The position numbers were made by a program, and so were the translations under genes. This document shows positions 25,049 through 40,308 of a stretch of 64,000 bases of DNA, in pieces. Origin of the DNA: Blepharisma stoltei ATCC 30299 (lineage: Eukaryota; Protista; Ciliophora); contig CBFDEM010000008.1 of NCBI GenBank assembly GCA_965603825.1, positions 1 through 64,000 of the forward strand, in the 5' to 3' direction. The notes beneath the pieces are model-generated. The model was not told where the DNA came from, made no database searches, and was given only the letters and a program-made list of their open reading frames with translations. Every line of letters starts with the position of its first letter. Position 1 is the stretch's first letter.

Positions 25049-28000
25049 TTATTTTTCATTGTTTTCTGCTTCTCTTGCTATCTCCTGATAACTGGCATCT
25101 TTGTCTGAATTTAAAGCTTGATTTTCAATTAATAAATTTTCATTTGACGCTATTGAAGAATTTATATTCTGTAGATTTTGGCTATCAGCATACTTTCTAT
25201 CTGGATCTTCTCCTTCAATTTCACTTCTAACCTTATTTTTATTTCGCCAGCTGCTAAATTTTTTTTTAACGGCAGTCAAAATTAATTTAAGAAGATAAAA
25301 TGCCCAGTATATTAAAAAATAGAGATTTGCGATAATAATAATAATAACATAGAAAAAAATACTTGCTCCAGAGCTTAAAGAGCCCATTAAATAATAAAGC
25401 CCACTATATATTGTAACAACACAAACTAGCTTTGAGCGCAATTTCATTTGGTTTAATTTATGCTCTGTATAAGGATTATTTGAATATTGCAAACGCAAAT
25501 AAATTGAGTAAATAATAGCTACTATAAGTGCTTGGAGCTTCAAAGATATTTTTGTTAAAAAAACTGAGAAGCAAATCAAGATGATTTTGCTATAAAGAAT
25601 AATAAATTCCCAATAAAAATGTTCAGTTTTGAATCCATTGAAAAGAAATCCATAAGTAAGGCGGACATTTATATTGTCAAGTTTTTTGCGATTTCTAATA
25701 ATATTCACCAAACAAATAGTTGGCAAAATGATACCCCATAAAATAATAGTTGGTAGAGAAAAGGTCAACATATAAAAAATATGCTCATAATTTCAGCACT
25801 TGATGTCAAGATCTTCTTCAAGCCAATATTCGCCAGAATTAATTTCTGTACAATTCATTGATGCAAACATCTTTTTCACAATGCTTGGGTGAATCAAAAA
25901 TAATAAGATAATGCATGTTGAAATAAAATCATCGCGAAAAGTTTGGTATGAGGATTTAGCTAGCTTAATAGTATACCAAAATAGGAAAGATAAAAGTAGC
26001 ATCAAAAAGGGAATAGAAGCAATCATAGTAAGAGTCCTAAAATAAATCAAACTTGTGGAATCTTCGTATTTGAAGAGACACTGAAATGAATAAATTTGTT
26101 GGTAAACATAGTCAGCGTTATTTTGGATACTGAAAAATTCTACAACTTCTGATGATCAATTCAATTTGAAGCTAGAGGCTAAAATAACTGTTTTGATATA
26201 ATTCAAAAATATTTTTATATAGATTGAAACATGTGATTTTGATTTAAAAGCAGATTTTCTTGTTATATTTACCATAATAGATAATAATATAATAAGAAAA
26301 AGTGTAATTCCTAATAATATCAAGATATTTTCTTTAGTAGCAGGACATTCTTCACATTTATTACTAGATGTATGAGAATATCCAACTTTGCAAGATTGGC
26401 ATTTATTGCCCTTATATGCAATCCCGCATTGCCCTGTATAAGAAATATTAATTATATCAGGTGAGCCCAGGCAAGCTTCAGCATGCGGACATTTCCAAAA
26501 TTTATCCGTATACATATTGTCCCTTCAATATCCAGGCTTTGGAACCATTGTATAATTTCCATAGCATACCACATTATCTGGACAAGCCAGACATGAAATT
26601 AAATTTGGGTTTAGACTATAAAATTCTGCAGGGCAAACCTCACAGTTTTTCCCTGATTTGACTTCTCCTATTTCACACTCTCTCATTTTTATGTCCAAAG
26701 CCAAGTTTTCGCTGTAAAAAGACTCCCCTGATTTTTTTATTTTATCTATAGCGATTGCTGGAGAATTAACCATTATTTGTATAGAAAATCCAGGCTCTTC
26801 TGATATAGTGAATTTGGAAAAATTAAAAATTCCTCTTAAAGCAGTAACTTTGGTTGTTCCTGAAATTTGGGTTGATGAATTAACAGCTCGTAGGCTGGCT
26901 TCACTTGAATTGTCAGTTCTTACGATATTATTCAAATTGTCAACTAAAGCAATAAGTAATGGAACTTTTATTGTTTGTCCAGAAGCTACTTCAGTTGCGT
27001 TTAAGAATGATATTGGAATATCTAAATTTCTTCTTTTATAGTCAATTAAGCTACCGTCTTCTTTTACTTGCATCAGCTTGACAGGGAAAGAAGCAATGCT
27101 CTGCCCATACTCAGCAATATTGTTTTTGTAGCAATTATTGGAGAGTTCAGGTATTCTGTCATCTCAGCTAATGGCTCCTCCATTAAATGTTGCAATATTT
27201 TCAGTAAAATTAGTATTTTTTATAATAAAATTGCATTTTCTTGTCTCAGGGCAACTCATTCGAATTCCTCCGCCACTTCCGTATTCTGCTTTATTATTTT
27301 TGCTCAGAGTTGCTTTATTCTTTTCAAAAGTAGATAAATGAATATTTATACCTACGCTGCTTATTCAGATTGCACCTCCATTTTGAGCACTATTAGTATC
27401 AAATATACACTTAGAAACATTATAGGCATCACTGATTTCATTACTAGTTGTAAAAAATAGCGCACCTCCATTTAAAGATGCCCCATTACTCGTGAAAACG
27501 CTCGATTCAATACTAATTACGCTGCACGGGTCGCAATATATAGCTCCGCCATTAATCCCAGTGCCACTGCTAAATATTGCATTTATTATTTCCAAACTTT
27601 TTAGTTGTGTCCCATATATACCAGATAAAGCAAAGCTCGAAAAGAACGAATTCTCAATCAAAATATCTGACTGATCAGCATTTATGACACCTCCTGCAGA
27701 ATTGCCACTTAAATCATGAAATTCAGAGTTATTTATACTTACTATACTTTCAAAAGTTGCATAAATTGCACCTCCTTTAGAGGAAGACAATTGACGAAAC
27801 TCCGAAGAATTTATTAAAAGTGTACTAGAGCTTAAGTATATTGCCCCTCCACTTTCAGAGGAACTGCCTTTATAAAATGTCGTATTTTGTATGTTTACAA
27901 AACTCTGGGAAAATAAATATATAAAGCTTCCAGAAACACTTTGCTGGTTTTCAAAGGTCAAATTACTGATATCCGCTATAGAAAATGTTAATTTGATTCC

Positions 28001-31000
28001 AGAAGCATACCCTTTTGCAAAATTCTCATTAATAGTTAATGACAATAGTGAGATTTTAGAGCTAACCAAGGTAATTAATCCAGATCCATCAGCATGGTTA
28101 TTTATAAATTCTGTAAACTCTATATATGAAGTCGTTGTGTTACAATTAAACACAGAAATGGCAGATCCATCTTTTCCGCATGAATTTTGAGAGAATCTTG
28201 AATTTGATATGAAAAATTGTGATTCTTGCTCGGAGTCTAGTACACCACCTTTACCATTCGCTGCTCTATTTTGTGTAAAAATGCAGTTATCACAATGAAA
28301 AACTGATTTAAAGCTGATTGCTATAACTCCACCATATTTTTCGCTTGTATTATTAAGAAATTGTGAACTAGCATATAGAATAGCTGAGTTCTGAAGGAAA
28401 AAGCAGGACCCAAAACTAGCAGATTGTATTGAAATACTGATCCGCTATCAGAAAAATAGTCAAAATTTAAAGAAGCTATGATCCCTTTGTTGAATTCAAA
28501 TAAACAATTTTTTGTCACAACTGTTGAGTTCCTGTTCTGGTTGTCTAAATTAATAATAGAGCTCCCAGTGTTGTTTCTGAAAGTAGATAACTCAATAATT
28601 GCTTTTGAGTGAAGCTCATCGGTATCATCATTTATATCAATGTGAAAAACTGCTCCAAAATTAGAAGAATTCTCGCTGAACTCACATGATTTAAATGATA
28701 AAATTCCACTATAAAAATATAATGCAATAGTTCCTGATTTGTGAGAGTTATTTTCTTTAAATTTTGAAGTAATTATAGTTGAGCTTTGAGATAAAGAAAC
28801 AGAGCGATCCAAATATAAAGCTGATCCATAGTCCGCATAGTTCTCAGTAAAATTAGTCTGGGAAATGATTAAATCAAGCCCTAAAGGTACTGTTGATTTT
28901 GCTTCTATATAAATTCCTCCACCATTCGTTTGAGCAGAATTATTGCGAAAACTGCTTGAGGAAATGATTATTGCTCCTTTATTATTTGCAGAGCCCAAAA
29001 TAAAATAAATTGCTCCCCCACTGCCTAGTTTTGATTCATTTGATTCGAATTTAGAGGAATCAACATAAAGATTTTTACCTTTAAAATAAATTGCAGGAGC
29101 AAAGTCAGCAGAGTTATCTAAAAATGAGCAATTTCTGACATACAAATTATTTTCACTTTCTATTTGGATTGCTCCATTTCCAGAGATGTGATAATTTTTA
29201 TTCCCTATAAATGTTGAATCCTTTATACTTCTATCATAATACCCTGTAAAATAAAAGCATGCTGGTAAAGGTCCATTTCCTGTATTCTCTATGCAGCTAA
29301 TTGGCGATAAATCAGGAATATCTAAATTATAAACAATATAAGTTGGTGAAGAGTGCCTACACGTATTATTAACAAGTGTAAAAGGAATGATATCCAAATT
29401 ATAAGAGCCTGACAAAGACACCATATAATTGCAGCCTATCGTGTGTGTATTATTTTTTCTCTTGCTGATGTATAAATTCTCAATATCTCGATTTTCAATA
29501 AAATAATCCAAGAGCAAGCTATTAATATTTTTATCTTCTTCAAAAGACCCATTGGAGTCAATGACTAAATCCTTCAAATCAAAATTGACTAAATTATTTG
29601 TAGTTATCATGGCTTTAGCATGGTTGGTTTTAAAAGTAATATTCGTCATTTTGCATCATCTTGGCAATAAATATGCAGTAAATATGTTACCATTTGGCGT
29701 TGAAATACTGCTTGTTGTTTGAATTTTATATTCATCTAATATTTTCGGATTACTAATAAATATTAAAGAGTCGTTTTCTGCTCTATTTGATTCAAAAGTC
29801 AAATTTTGAAAATAAATGTTTAAAAGTTTTCCTAGAAAATTGATATGGATTAATCCTTGATTTCCATAATTTGATGTAAAGATATATGTGCAAGCTTTAA
29901 ATAAGATAAAAAGGAAGATTCATTACGACTAGTCCCATAGGTCGTAATATCAATTTGTGTATAAAATAAACCTGTTTGGAAATAATTATACATAAAAGTG
30001 CAATTTTGTATTTCAATATTTTGCATTTTGCTGATGTATATTAATGAAGCACTTGATAGAGAGCTTTGCTGTTTTAGATAAACTAAATTGTATTTAAAAT
30101 CCACATTTTTTATTACGATGGATAGCGAATTTTCAGAATACAAAAACCCTCTAAAATAAAAAGAATCGCCAAACTCATACCCATTGTTTAACCTTTTTAC
30201 AAAGCCTTGGTTGCAAAAAATATCTAATCCAGTGCTTCTTATGACTGCATTTTTTCTTGGCCTTTTAGCCTGATATTATCAAAGTTAACATTAATTAGTT
30301 TCAAAGACCCTGAGCCAGTTATAATTGAGTCATAATTAAATCTCAAGTTTTTTATTTCCACATTTTTCAAAATTAAATTAGAATTTTCCTATTTAAAAAG
30401 ACTTTGATCAGTAGTTTGATCAGTTCTGCAATAATCATTTGGCAAATTTTGCGAAATAGGCTCATTCCTATCACTGTAATAGTATCCGTCTGTTTCATTA
30501 TAAGTATTGTATGCACAATATTCGCAATATTCTTCATGATCGCATGCAATATATTGCTCTTTGCCATCAAAAATCACATTTTCAAATTTAACTGAGCCAT
30601 TAATTATAAAAGATCCCATTGACCATCCATTGATCTTTATTGTTATTTTATTTTCATCATATACCATAAGCGTTAAGCCTCTAAAAGATAAAGATAAATT
30701 CGGATTAGATAAGTTATAATTCCATCGTTTGCCAAAATCAAAAAAATAATTTTACTCGATAAATTTCCAATGGACTGCAGAGCATATTCAAGGGTTTCAA
30801 AAGGAGAGTCAAAGCTCCCATCTCCAGATGGAGAAGTATCTTTTTGAGTCGAAATTACATGATATATATAGAAATCTGAATCCTTATAGCTGTTAGTGTA
30901 GCCTATTTGAATTCCAAATATATCTGCCTTCATTTGATAATTATTATCACTGTAATATGAGCACGATTTATTAAAAATGCAGTACCTGCAATAATTTCAG

Positions 31001-32162
31001 GAAGGCAAAGAGCAAGTTGTCTCAGTAACATTGCATAAGCCCCAATTACAATTCTCAATATAGCACCCAGGATAGCATTCGCTATTGCTAAGAGACATTT
31101 CTAAAGTACAAGTATTATTAGAATCTAAAAAGCAATTTTCAAAATCAACCGAATGATTCAACTCTGTTATTATGACTTGGTGAAAAAGGGTATATAAAAA
31201 TAAATCTCTGTTCTTGCATTTTTTTTCAGGATTGATACTTATTTGATCCCATTTGCAGTCAGCTATTAAGCATTCTGGTTTGCAGTTTCCATAGTCTTCA
31301 GCTTTGCAATCATTAGAGCATCCACATACATAATAGTCATATTGGCAATCAAAATTATTGCAGGCTTCGTCACATTTATCATTTCAAAGCATTTCTAAGC
31401 ATTTCTAAGCATTTCTAAGAAGCAGCCACTTGCGCAATATCCACAGTACCCTTCGTCAAAATTGCAAGCTTTATTATTGCAAGCTTGATCGCATATTTGG
31501 TTTTCTAATAAAGAATCGGAGCATCCAGGAGCACAATCGCAGTCATTTCCATCAAAATTGCATTCCTCCACATAGCACGCTTCATCACATATAGAGTTAT
31601 TAACCATTCAGGTATTACAATTAGGAGCACAAGTGGAATTTAAACAGTCAAAATTGTCAAATTTGCATTCTGGGTTATCACTTTCTTTATTGCATATACC
31701 ATCTCCTCATATGGTAGAATTGCATCCAAGCACTGAGCAAGCTTCACACAATCAAGGACGATAAAAGCATGAATACCAGTTGCATTCTTGATTACAAAAG
31801 CTATAGCCTCATTTTACATAATCGCCTGAATATTAAATACATGATGGAGCACAATATGGACATAATCCGAAAGCGAACCCACAAATTGGAATATAGCAAT
31901 CATCAAAGCAATAAGTAGGAATTCAGAGCATGCAGTTAGTGCTTGTTTAGCATGGCTCATAGCAATCTGATTTTAGACGATCATCAAAGCTTTGAAAAAC
32001 ACTTCCTGAGTCATAATTGCAATAAGGACTCATGCAGTTTAAATCGCAATTACCATCACCTTGCTGCTTAGAAGTTACAATCACTGGAGGGCATTCGTGC
32101 AAATTGCAAGCAATATCTGCGCCAAAAGCCTGAATAATAAAGAATAATGATAAATAAATCAT
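25049..32162 (-). pseudogene. Inverted subfamily-B receptor pseudogene (B2)
   Basis: ATG 32162 (MIYLSLFFIIQAFG), colinear with the 48181 gene. Lesions: in-frame TAA at 31947-31949 and 31833-31835, a 10-bp unit triplicated at 31389-31418 (+20 nt), and further frame changes near 30.7, 30.2-30.4, 29.9 and 28.4 kb. The 3' ~3.3 kb is in one frame to TAA 25049. Confidence 0.9.
32064..32078 (-). other. 15-nt intron GTAACTTCTAAGCAG (stop-free, CAG acceptor)
   Basis: 84 nt after the ATG, the same position as the intron of the 48181 gene. A at position 10. Confidence 0.8.
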
Positions 32163-33391
32163 TTATAAGAACAAAGTAAAAATCCTTCTTTTTGGAAAAT
32201 GAGCCTTAAAAACATTTCAGATAAAATAAATTTAATTATTTTAATTTAAGCGTTTTTGGAATATATTCTTTATAAAAATAAATCAGCTATTTACTAATTT
32301 TATGGACAATTACCTTTTATTTGAGCTATATTCATATCACTATTTCTGCATAGCTAATTTTGTAATTACTTATAGGAAAAATCTAACCAAATTGAAATCT
32401 TTCAAAGTTTGCTTTTTGATGTAGTTTTTTGCAGATTCTATCTAGCTATAATTTGGAAGACTTTCAACGGTAAAACTGTGTGTTTTCTTGGAATGATCTG
32501 GGAAAATTATATATTTTAACATATTTACTGATTAAAATAATTTGAAAAGTCGAAGTTGAATTTTATATAAAATTAAGGGCATAGAGAAATAGAATAAAAT
32601 TATGAATTATTAAGAAGATTCAAATAAGAGTCAAAGAACAGGAATAAATAATAATGGTATCTTGAAGATGCTTCAGTTGAAGAAAAACTGTATTTAAAAT
32701 ATGAAGATGAAGGTGTATAGCTGGAAATTTAGAGTTAAACTAAATAAAAATCAATGAGAAATGTTTTAATTTGGCAAATTATTTTGAAGTTTTAAAATTA
32801 TTTTAATAGTCATTATTTTTTGGGCTGTCTAGAGAAATATACAATCAAATATATTTATTTTGGAGAACTAAGATACTTTCCAGCAAGAAATTCTGGAATA
32901 TTTACTATAAATAATGATAAGCTATATAAATCTAGATTTATTTATATTATATTTCCTTATGATATTAATTCTACGCATGAAGTAATTCTTGGCAAGCAAT
33001 TAATTTTAATGAAGATAAGCCATTTATAGGATTGGCTTATTACTCCAAATTTTTTATAAAGTAATATTAATAAATTCAAAGATATTATTTCACGTCAATT
33101 TACGCTGATTTCAGGCATTATCTCTTTAATACATAAGTAAAATCTTTATTAAATTGCCAATTTCCATCTACCTTTCCTTTTTGCTCATCTTATATCTAAC
33201 TCTATAATTTTTCTGTATAAAGAAGAATTTTATGGGTCCTTAACTATATAAAATTACAACTTTTTCGATTCCTCTTATAATTTTTGATCATTGATATAAG
33301 TTGGTTCGTTTAGAAAATCTTAAATTAAAGCTTTTCTAAAATTAACCTCCAATTTGCTATAATGCTGGATAGCAGTAAAATCATAAAATAA

Positions 33392-36300
33392 ATGAATTAC
33401 ATGGTGATTTTATTATCTCTATGGCTTGCTAAAGGCATAGACCCTATATGCAGTGCATCACAGTGCCCAGACATAAGAGTAATTTTAAAATAGAAAGGGA
33501 ATCATAAATGTGATCCTGAATGCATGACCTCATACTGCAATTATGACAGCTTGCTTATATTTGATGGACAAACTGTCAAAGAAAGCTCTGATTGTTATGA
33601 GAATTGCCTTAATTTTGGCAGCTGTGACCCAAAAAAGCTTGGAAATGGGATATGCGACGATTCTTGTAATACTCAAAACTGTGGGTTTGATTGAGGAGAT
33701 TGCACTTGCGCTCCAGGCTGTTTAAATTCTATGCTGGGAGATGATAAATGTGATGAAGCCTGCGATAATTGAGACTGTGATCTCGATAATCATGATTGCG
33801 GAGCATGTGCTGATGGATGCTTTCCAACTATGCTTGGAAATGGCATATGTGATCCTGAGTGTGATAATGAGGACTGTCTTTATGACTATAAGGACTGTCA
33901 ATGTGCAGAAGATTGCTTATGGGAAGATTATGGAAAATGTAAGCCAGAATGCATGATAGCAAACTGCAACTATGATAATCTAGCCCAATATCCAAATAAT
34001 CAATGCCAAAATATTTCTTTGGCAATATTTTCTTCTTATCAACAAATTATTCGTCAAAATTTTTCATATGTCGTTCATCTTGAAGACTGTTATGAAGCTT
34101 CAAATTACGAATGCACTTTAGAAAAAGCATTAAAATTTAGTTATGAAAATTGATATGAAGAATGTAATTATCTTGAATGCAATTATGGAAATGGATATCA
34201 AGGCGAATATTTCGATTATTGTGCTCGCTTCTACAATGATCCATATCACACCGGATGCTTATCTTGCCCCAATTTTATTGAGGTCCCATATCTTGCTTTA
34301 TTAGATTGAAGTTGCCAAAGTAGAGTACTTTTAGAATGAAGCCCATCTGTATTTCCAGACACATCTTATGTAATTGTGCCTTTCAATGATACCTCCACAT
34401 CTAAAAATCCTCACATTTATTTCATATGCCCAAATGCACACTCAAATCCTGAAAGTGGGGATGGAACTTATTCTTCTCCTTTTCAATCTCTTTTTTATGC
34501 TCTATACAATATTAAATACAAAAACTCAATTGTCTATTTATTAGATTGCGATGGTTATAACTTAACATCATATCTAACGATGATATCAAATGCAAATATA
34601 TATGTCAATAGAGAAGTCGCATTTGCGGGGAAACATGTTAAATTTACCACCCTGAATAACTCAAAAATAACTATACAAAGAGTAATAAATGATCTAGATA
34701 GCGTAGATCACTGGGGTTTTGGTTTTCTTTTTGAAAATGCTTTAAGCATTGAGATAAATAATGTAATTTTTGATTGAAAAAATACTGTTAGCGCTTGCAA
34801 GGATGACACTTATTGTGATTATTGCCCTTTTGTGAGATATGAATTAAAAGAGAATTATTACTTTAATGACAGAGGAGAAATTATAAATGATTTTCTGTCA
34901 CCTAACTGATGCGAGCTTAATAAAGATCAGATATTTATGCAAATCACATCAAGTAATTTATTACTGAGAAATGTCACTTTTGCTAACTTTAGGACTGACT
35001 TTGACTCTATTTTCTTTATAAATGGAGATTCAAATGTAACATTTTATGATGTTACTTTTGACAATATTAAGGTTAATGATGATTATGAGTCCTGGGTAAT
35101 AAGATGGGATGGCAATAGCTATGGGAATTTTAAATTTGAAAATGGAAAGGTAAGCAGACTAAATAATGGGTTTGAACTATATGATCCTATTAATACTAAG
35201 GGTTTTTTAAATGCTACTGGCATCAACTCAATAGTTTTTAGAAATGTTGAATTTCGAAACAATGCTGTATTTAAGCAATCTGTAAGTGGACATAATATTG
35301 CCTCATTGATTTTTTTAAACTTATTTCAAGCCTTTTGAATTGACTCTTGCAGCTTTTTATATAATTTGTGCGATTATGGAATAATATATATTCAGGAGCA
35401 ATTAAGCAACTTTCCAATAGAAATTGACAATGACAGGTGGCTAAGCATAAATGACACCTAGATATTTCTAACTCCAATTTTACATCAAATTATGGAAGAA
35501 CTGGTGGAGTTCTTTATGCTTTATATGAATATGAAAGTCAAAATTTTCTTATTGAGAATTCATCATTTACTCTAAATGGGATTGAAAGTGGTTCTTTAAT
35601 ACATATAGAAAGCAATTATGTACATGAAAATTACTTAGTAGATACCATATTAAATATAACTTTATCTGATGGAAGTATCGTAGGAGGAAAATATTTAGCT
35701 AAATGAATGAAGTTTCAAAATTCAAATTTTACAAGAAATTATTCAGGAGGCGCTGGGATAATTGAAATTATAAAAATTGCTAACCTTCAATGAGAGGGCT
35801 TGGAATTAGACTCAAATGGCTTAATTATATCTGAATCCATGAACATAAACACAATGTTTATGAAACATTATATAGAAAACCCTTTAATTTATGCTAGATC
35901 CAGCATAAATAATCCTAAGGATTTGAATTGTGAATCCCTATCAATTATATCAAACTCAAATAATTTCAATATAAAATCAATAAATGTTTACAATAATTAT
36001 TGCAAGTATTCTTCTCCTAGTATCATAATTTCAAATACAACTAGTGTCGTAAAATCAGCTTATTTTAATAATAACAAAGGAGCAGGAAGTTATGGCATTT
36101 GCTTAGCGTTTCTTTGAGACTCACATTCTGAAATTATGAATTCTAGCTTTTATTCTAATATCAACTATAAATATGGTAACCCTGCAGCTATAAGTAGCTA
36201 TTCAAGTTTACTAATACAAAACTGTACGTTCTCTAATAATACTGGTACTTTTTATTTTGGAGGGCAAAATCTGACTATTTTTTCCTCTCATTTTGATTCC

Positions 36301-39300
36301 AACAGCTCACCTGAATCAAATGGTGGAGCTATTTCTGTTTCAATATCATCAGGCAATATAGAATCATCTATAATTTTTATATCTAGCACGATTTTTGAAA
36401 ATAATTCCTGCTCTTTTAGTGGAGGAGCTATATATATTGAAAAAGCTACTCCTCTAGATTTACTTTTGACATTAAAAATAGATAATACAGATTTTTTTTA
36501 TAATCAAGCTTTAGACGGTTCTTGCATTTATATAGATCAAAATTTGGAGCTTAGTTCTGATTCTTCAGTTAGTGACTGCTCTTTTCAAGAAAACATAGCA
36601 GGCTTTTCAGGCACTATTTTGGTTTATTATCTCTATGGAATATTGGCTTTTGACCATTGCAATTTTATAAAAAATAAAGGAATTTATAGCTCTACATTGA
36701 ATATAGCTACAGGTGAAAATACTAAAGAAAGGCCTTCAAAAATAATTTTAAATTATTGTGTTTTTCAATATAACTCTGGAAATATAACAGTTTCGATGGA
36801 CAATACAAATATAAACTCTAACTTAGAAGTTTATGAATCTTTATTTGAATATAACATTGGCTCAATATTTGGGCTTGATTATGATTATGCAGTAGTAAAA
36901 AACACGAGGATTCAGCATAATATATCTCCTATTTCTGGTGGGGCGTTGAATCTTAAGAATTCAGCAATTTTTGAATCCACAAATACAAGCTATTTAAATT
37001 GCAGCAGCAAAAATAATGGTGGAGCTGCTTCTCTTAGTTTGAAATCCCAGTTTATCTGTTTTTCATGTCTTTTTAGCACTAACTATGCCTATTCTTCAGG
37101 AGGCGCTATTTATGCTGACTCAGATGCTCAGTTTTACATTTTTAATTCCACAATTAATAAAAACTCATGTAAAAGTAAAGGATCAGCTATATTTATGGCA
37201 AGCTCATTAGATTTTTCGTCAATATATAGTAGTGAAATATCTGAAAACTTCGCTTATAATGACGGTACAATTTTCATTTTATCATCACAGATTTCAATAT
37301 TTTCGTCAATGATTTATAAAAATTCAGCTTATGGAAAAAATCCAGGTTTATATATTGATGACTCAAATGCTATAATTGATGATACTAAATTTTTTAGCCA
37401 GCATGGAAACCAAGGATGTTTTATTTATATGAGCACAAGCTATGCAAATGTAACTAACTCAGCCTTTTATGATGGATTTTCTAATAGTTCAGGTATAGCA
37501 ATACATGCAACATCTAGTCTTGTAGAAATTTCTTCATCAAAATTTTCTGATCTTTTTTCGAATGATACAGGAGGATCAATTTACCTTTATGAAGGCAGCA
37601 ATCTATTTATCAAAGGAACGAAGTTCTTGAACTCTGCCACATCAATAGACTCATATTCTAGCTCTGTTTTTATAGAAAGCTCATTGTTTAAAAATCACAC
37701 AAGAGCAGCTATATTTTCAAGCCAAGTCGATGAGCTTCAAATTTCAAGGTCAACATTTATTAATGGTGTCGGAGCTGTATACTGTATACAATGCAATATT
37801 ATTTCAATCACTGAATCTTGATTTGTCGGTAATTTAGGAGAATATGGAGGAGCAATTAATATTGTAAATGAAGCTGAGCATCTAGAAACATCCCAAATTA
37901 CTATTTATTCTTCTGTATTTAAATTGAACGTAGCTAGAAATGGTGGAGCAATTTGAACAAATAATATTAACTTGCAGATTCTGTCATCAATTTTTATTGA
38001 AAATAAGGCTGAAGCATTGCTTGCAAATAATTCTCAAAATATAGAAGACGGAGTCGGAGGTGCATTAAAAATAAGTTGCAAAGACTCAATGTTTCTTTGT
38101 AATTTTAATATTACATCAAACTCTTTTAGTAATAATAGCGCAACCTACAACGGTGGAGCTGTGAGCTGAGATGACTCAAAACCATATTTTCATAATAATT
38201 ACTTTGAAAATAATTCAGCATTTTATGGGCCTGACATAGCTTCTTTTCCTACAATGATGATTTTTCTAAATAACGAAACTAGAAGACTACAAAGTAAAGC
38301 TATATTTAAGGATAGAAGTATCTTAGTATTAAACAATGTTGCATCAGGTCAACGAAATAACCCTTTATTAGCTTTTGCGCTTGTTGATGACCTTTATCAA
38401 ATAGTTACTACAGATACTACAAGCCAAGCACAGATGAAAGCAATAGTAGCTAGTACAGTTATATCAGGCTCAACAATTGTTTATGCAAAAAATGGAATTT
38501 ATTACTTTGATAATTACATAATTTCTGCAAAGCCAGGCTCTTCCATTTATATTGATATAGTTTCTTCAGCAATAAATACACAAAAATCTAACACATCAAG
38601 CGAAATTTTGCCAATGTCATCAAATTTCTCTATGCAAATTGATTTGCGTTTATGCGAAATGGGGGAAGCTACAGTTGGACTTATTTGTGAGATTTGCCCT
38701 AAAGGCTATTATAATATTGATGCCAACAATTCTAAGTGCTTGGAGTGCCCATCAAATGCAATTTGCTATGGAAATTTTTCAATAGTTCCAAAATCAGGGT
38801 ACTGAAGGGATAGCAAGTTCACAAATAATTTTTGAAAATGCCCTTATTCGTCAGCTTGCTTGGGCTCTCCCGATAACTCTAGTTTATCTTTAACTGGGAC
38901 TTGCAATAAAGGCTATGAAAATAATATGTGTCACTCGTGCGAATATGGCTATTCAAGGTTATATAGAAATGAGTGTCAAATTTGCCCTGACTCTGCTACT
39001 AATATTTTTAGGTGGCTGGGAATTTCTGCCTTACTTATTTTTATCACAATAATTATTTTAAAAACAACAAGACATTCTTGATACAAGCCAAACTCTTTCT
39101 CATCAATTTACATAAGAATATTTTGGAATTATTTACAGATTATTATCATAATAGCGACTTATAATTTAAATTGGCCATTTGAAGTAACCGAATTTTTCTT
39201 TGTCCAGACATCTATGGATTATATTGGAGGACAGCTATTTTCTTTTGATTGCTTCTTACAATCATCGTACTCTAAAAGCAACATTTATTATATAAAAATT

Positions 39301-40308
39301 TTGGTAACAAGTCTGACTCCATTTCTTATAGGTCTGCTTTGTCTATTATTTTGAATTTTAGTGTGTATTATTAAAAAGAAACATATAAAAGAAATAAAAG
39401 ATGACTTTATATCAACATCTGTGGTTTTGTTATTTTTAATCCATCCAAGTATTATTGACACCATGTTTAATGCATTTAGCTGCAAAGAAATTAATTCTGG
39501 AGAATATTGGCTTAACGTAGACTTGGGAATCAGGTGTTGGAACCATGATCATCTTTTTTATGCATTTTTGTTTGCTATGCCTACAATAATTATATGAGTT
39601 GTGGCAATACCTTTGATTTGTCTTATAAATTTAATTAAGAATAAAAGTTATTTAGGAGAATTGTGAATGAAAAAGAGATATGGGTTTCTCTGTAATGGAT
39701 ATAGAGTAGACTTCTACTATTGGGAATTTGCTGTTTTATTTTATAAACTATTTTTAATTGGCTGCTCCGCTTTCCTATCAAATATCTCTGCCAATATTCA
39801 GGCCCTTACAGCAACTCTTTTCTTAGTGCTATTTCTTCATCTTCATTCAAGGAATCAGCCATTTAATGAAACATTTTTTAATCAGGCTGAAATTTTTTCA
39901 AGATTAGCATCATTGATCACAATTCTATCTGGCCTTTGCTTTTTAACTAGCAGTTTAGGCACTGTTGCTACATATATTTTACTTGTCATCTTAATATTTA
40001 TAAATGCTGTATTTATCGCTTACATTTTAACTAAGTTTTTATTGCAATTTGCAATAATACACAGCATAATTATGAGGGTTTGAAAAATGCTATATTTCAG
40101 AGGGAAAAAATATGCAGCAGAGATTGCTCCTGCCAGCGAAAATGAACTTGATAAGAATTCTATAGAGGTTCAAAAAGAGAGCACAAAAATAGGAAGCACT
40201 GCAGTACTGTCTGATAATACAAAAATTGGAATTTTTGTGGAGGATTTGAGCAATTCAGTAGAATTAGACCCTTTTTCATCAATGAAAAGTATATATGCTT
40301 CGAACTAA
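33392..40308 (+). pseudogene. Receptor copy A4 with a single frameshift at ~35435-35463 (intron 33479-33493)
   Basis: ATG 33392 (MNYMVILLSLWLAKG). 29 nt of unrelated sequence replaces the 36 nt seen in A5, giving an in-frame TAG at 35459-35461 (684-aa product). All pieces from 35800 to TAA 40308 lie in a second single frame. Confidence 0.87.
33479..33493 (+). other. 15-nt intron GTAATTTTAAAATAG
   Basis: 87 nt after ATG, in-frame TAG, A at position 10. Confidence 0.92.

Noticed and set aside
32163-33391. ORF 32820-33029 and a purine-rich patch in the divergent intergenic region
   Set aside because: TTG start, no recognisable motif or paralogue, and stops in the frames examined.
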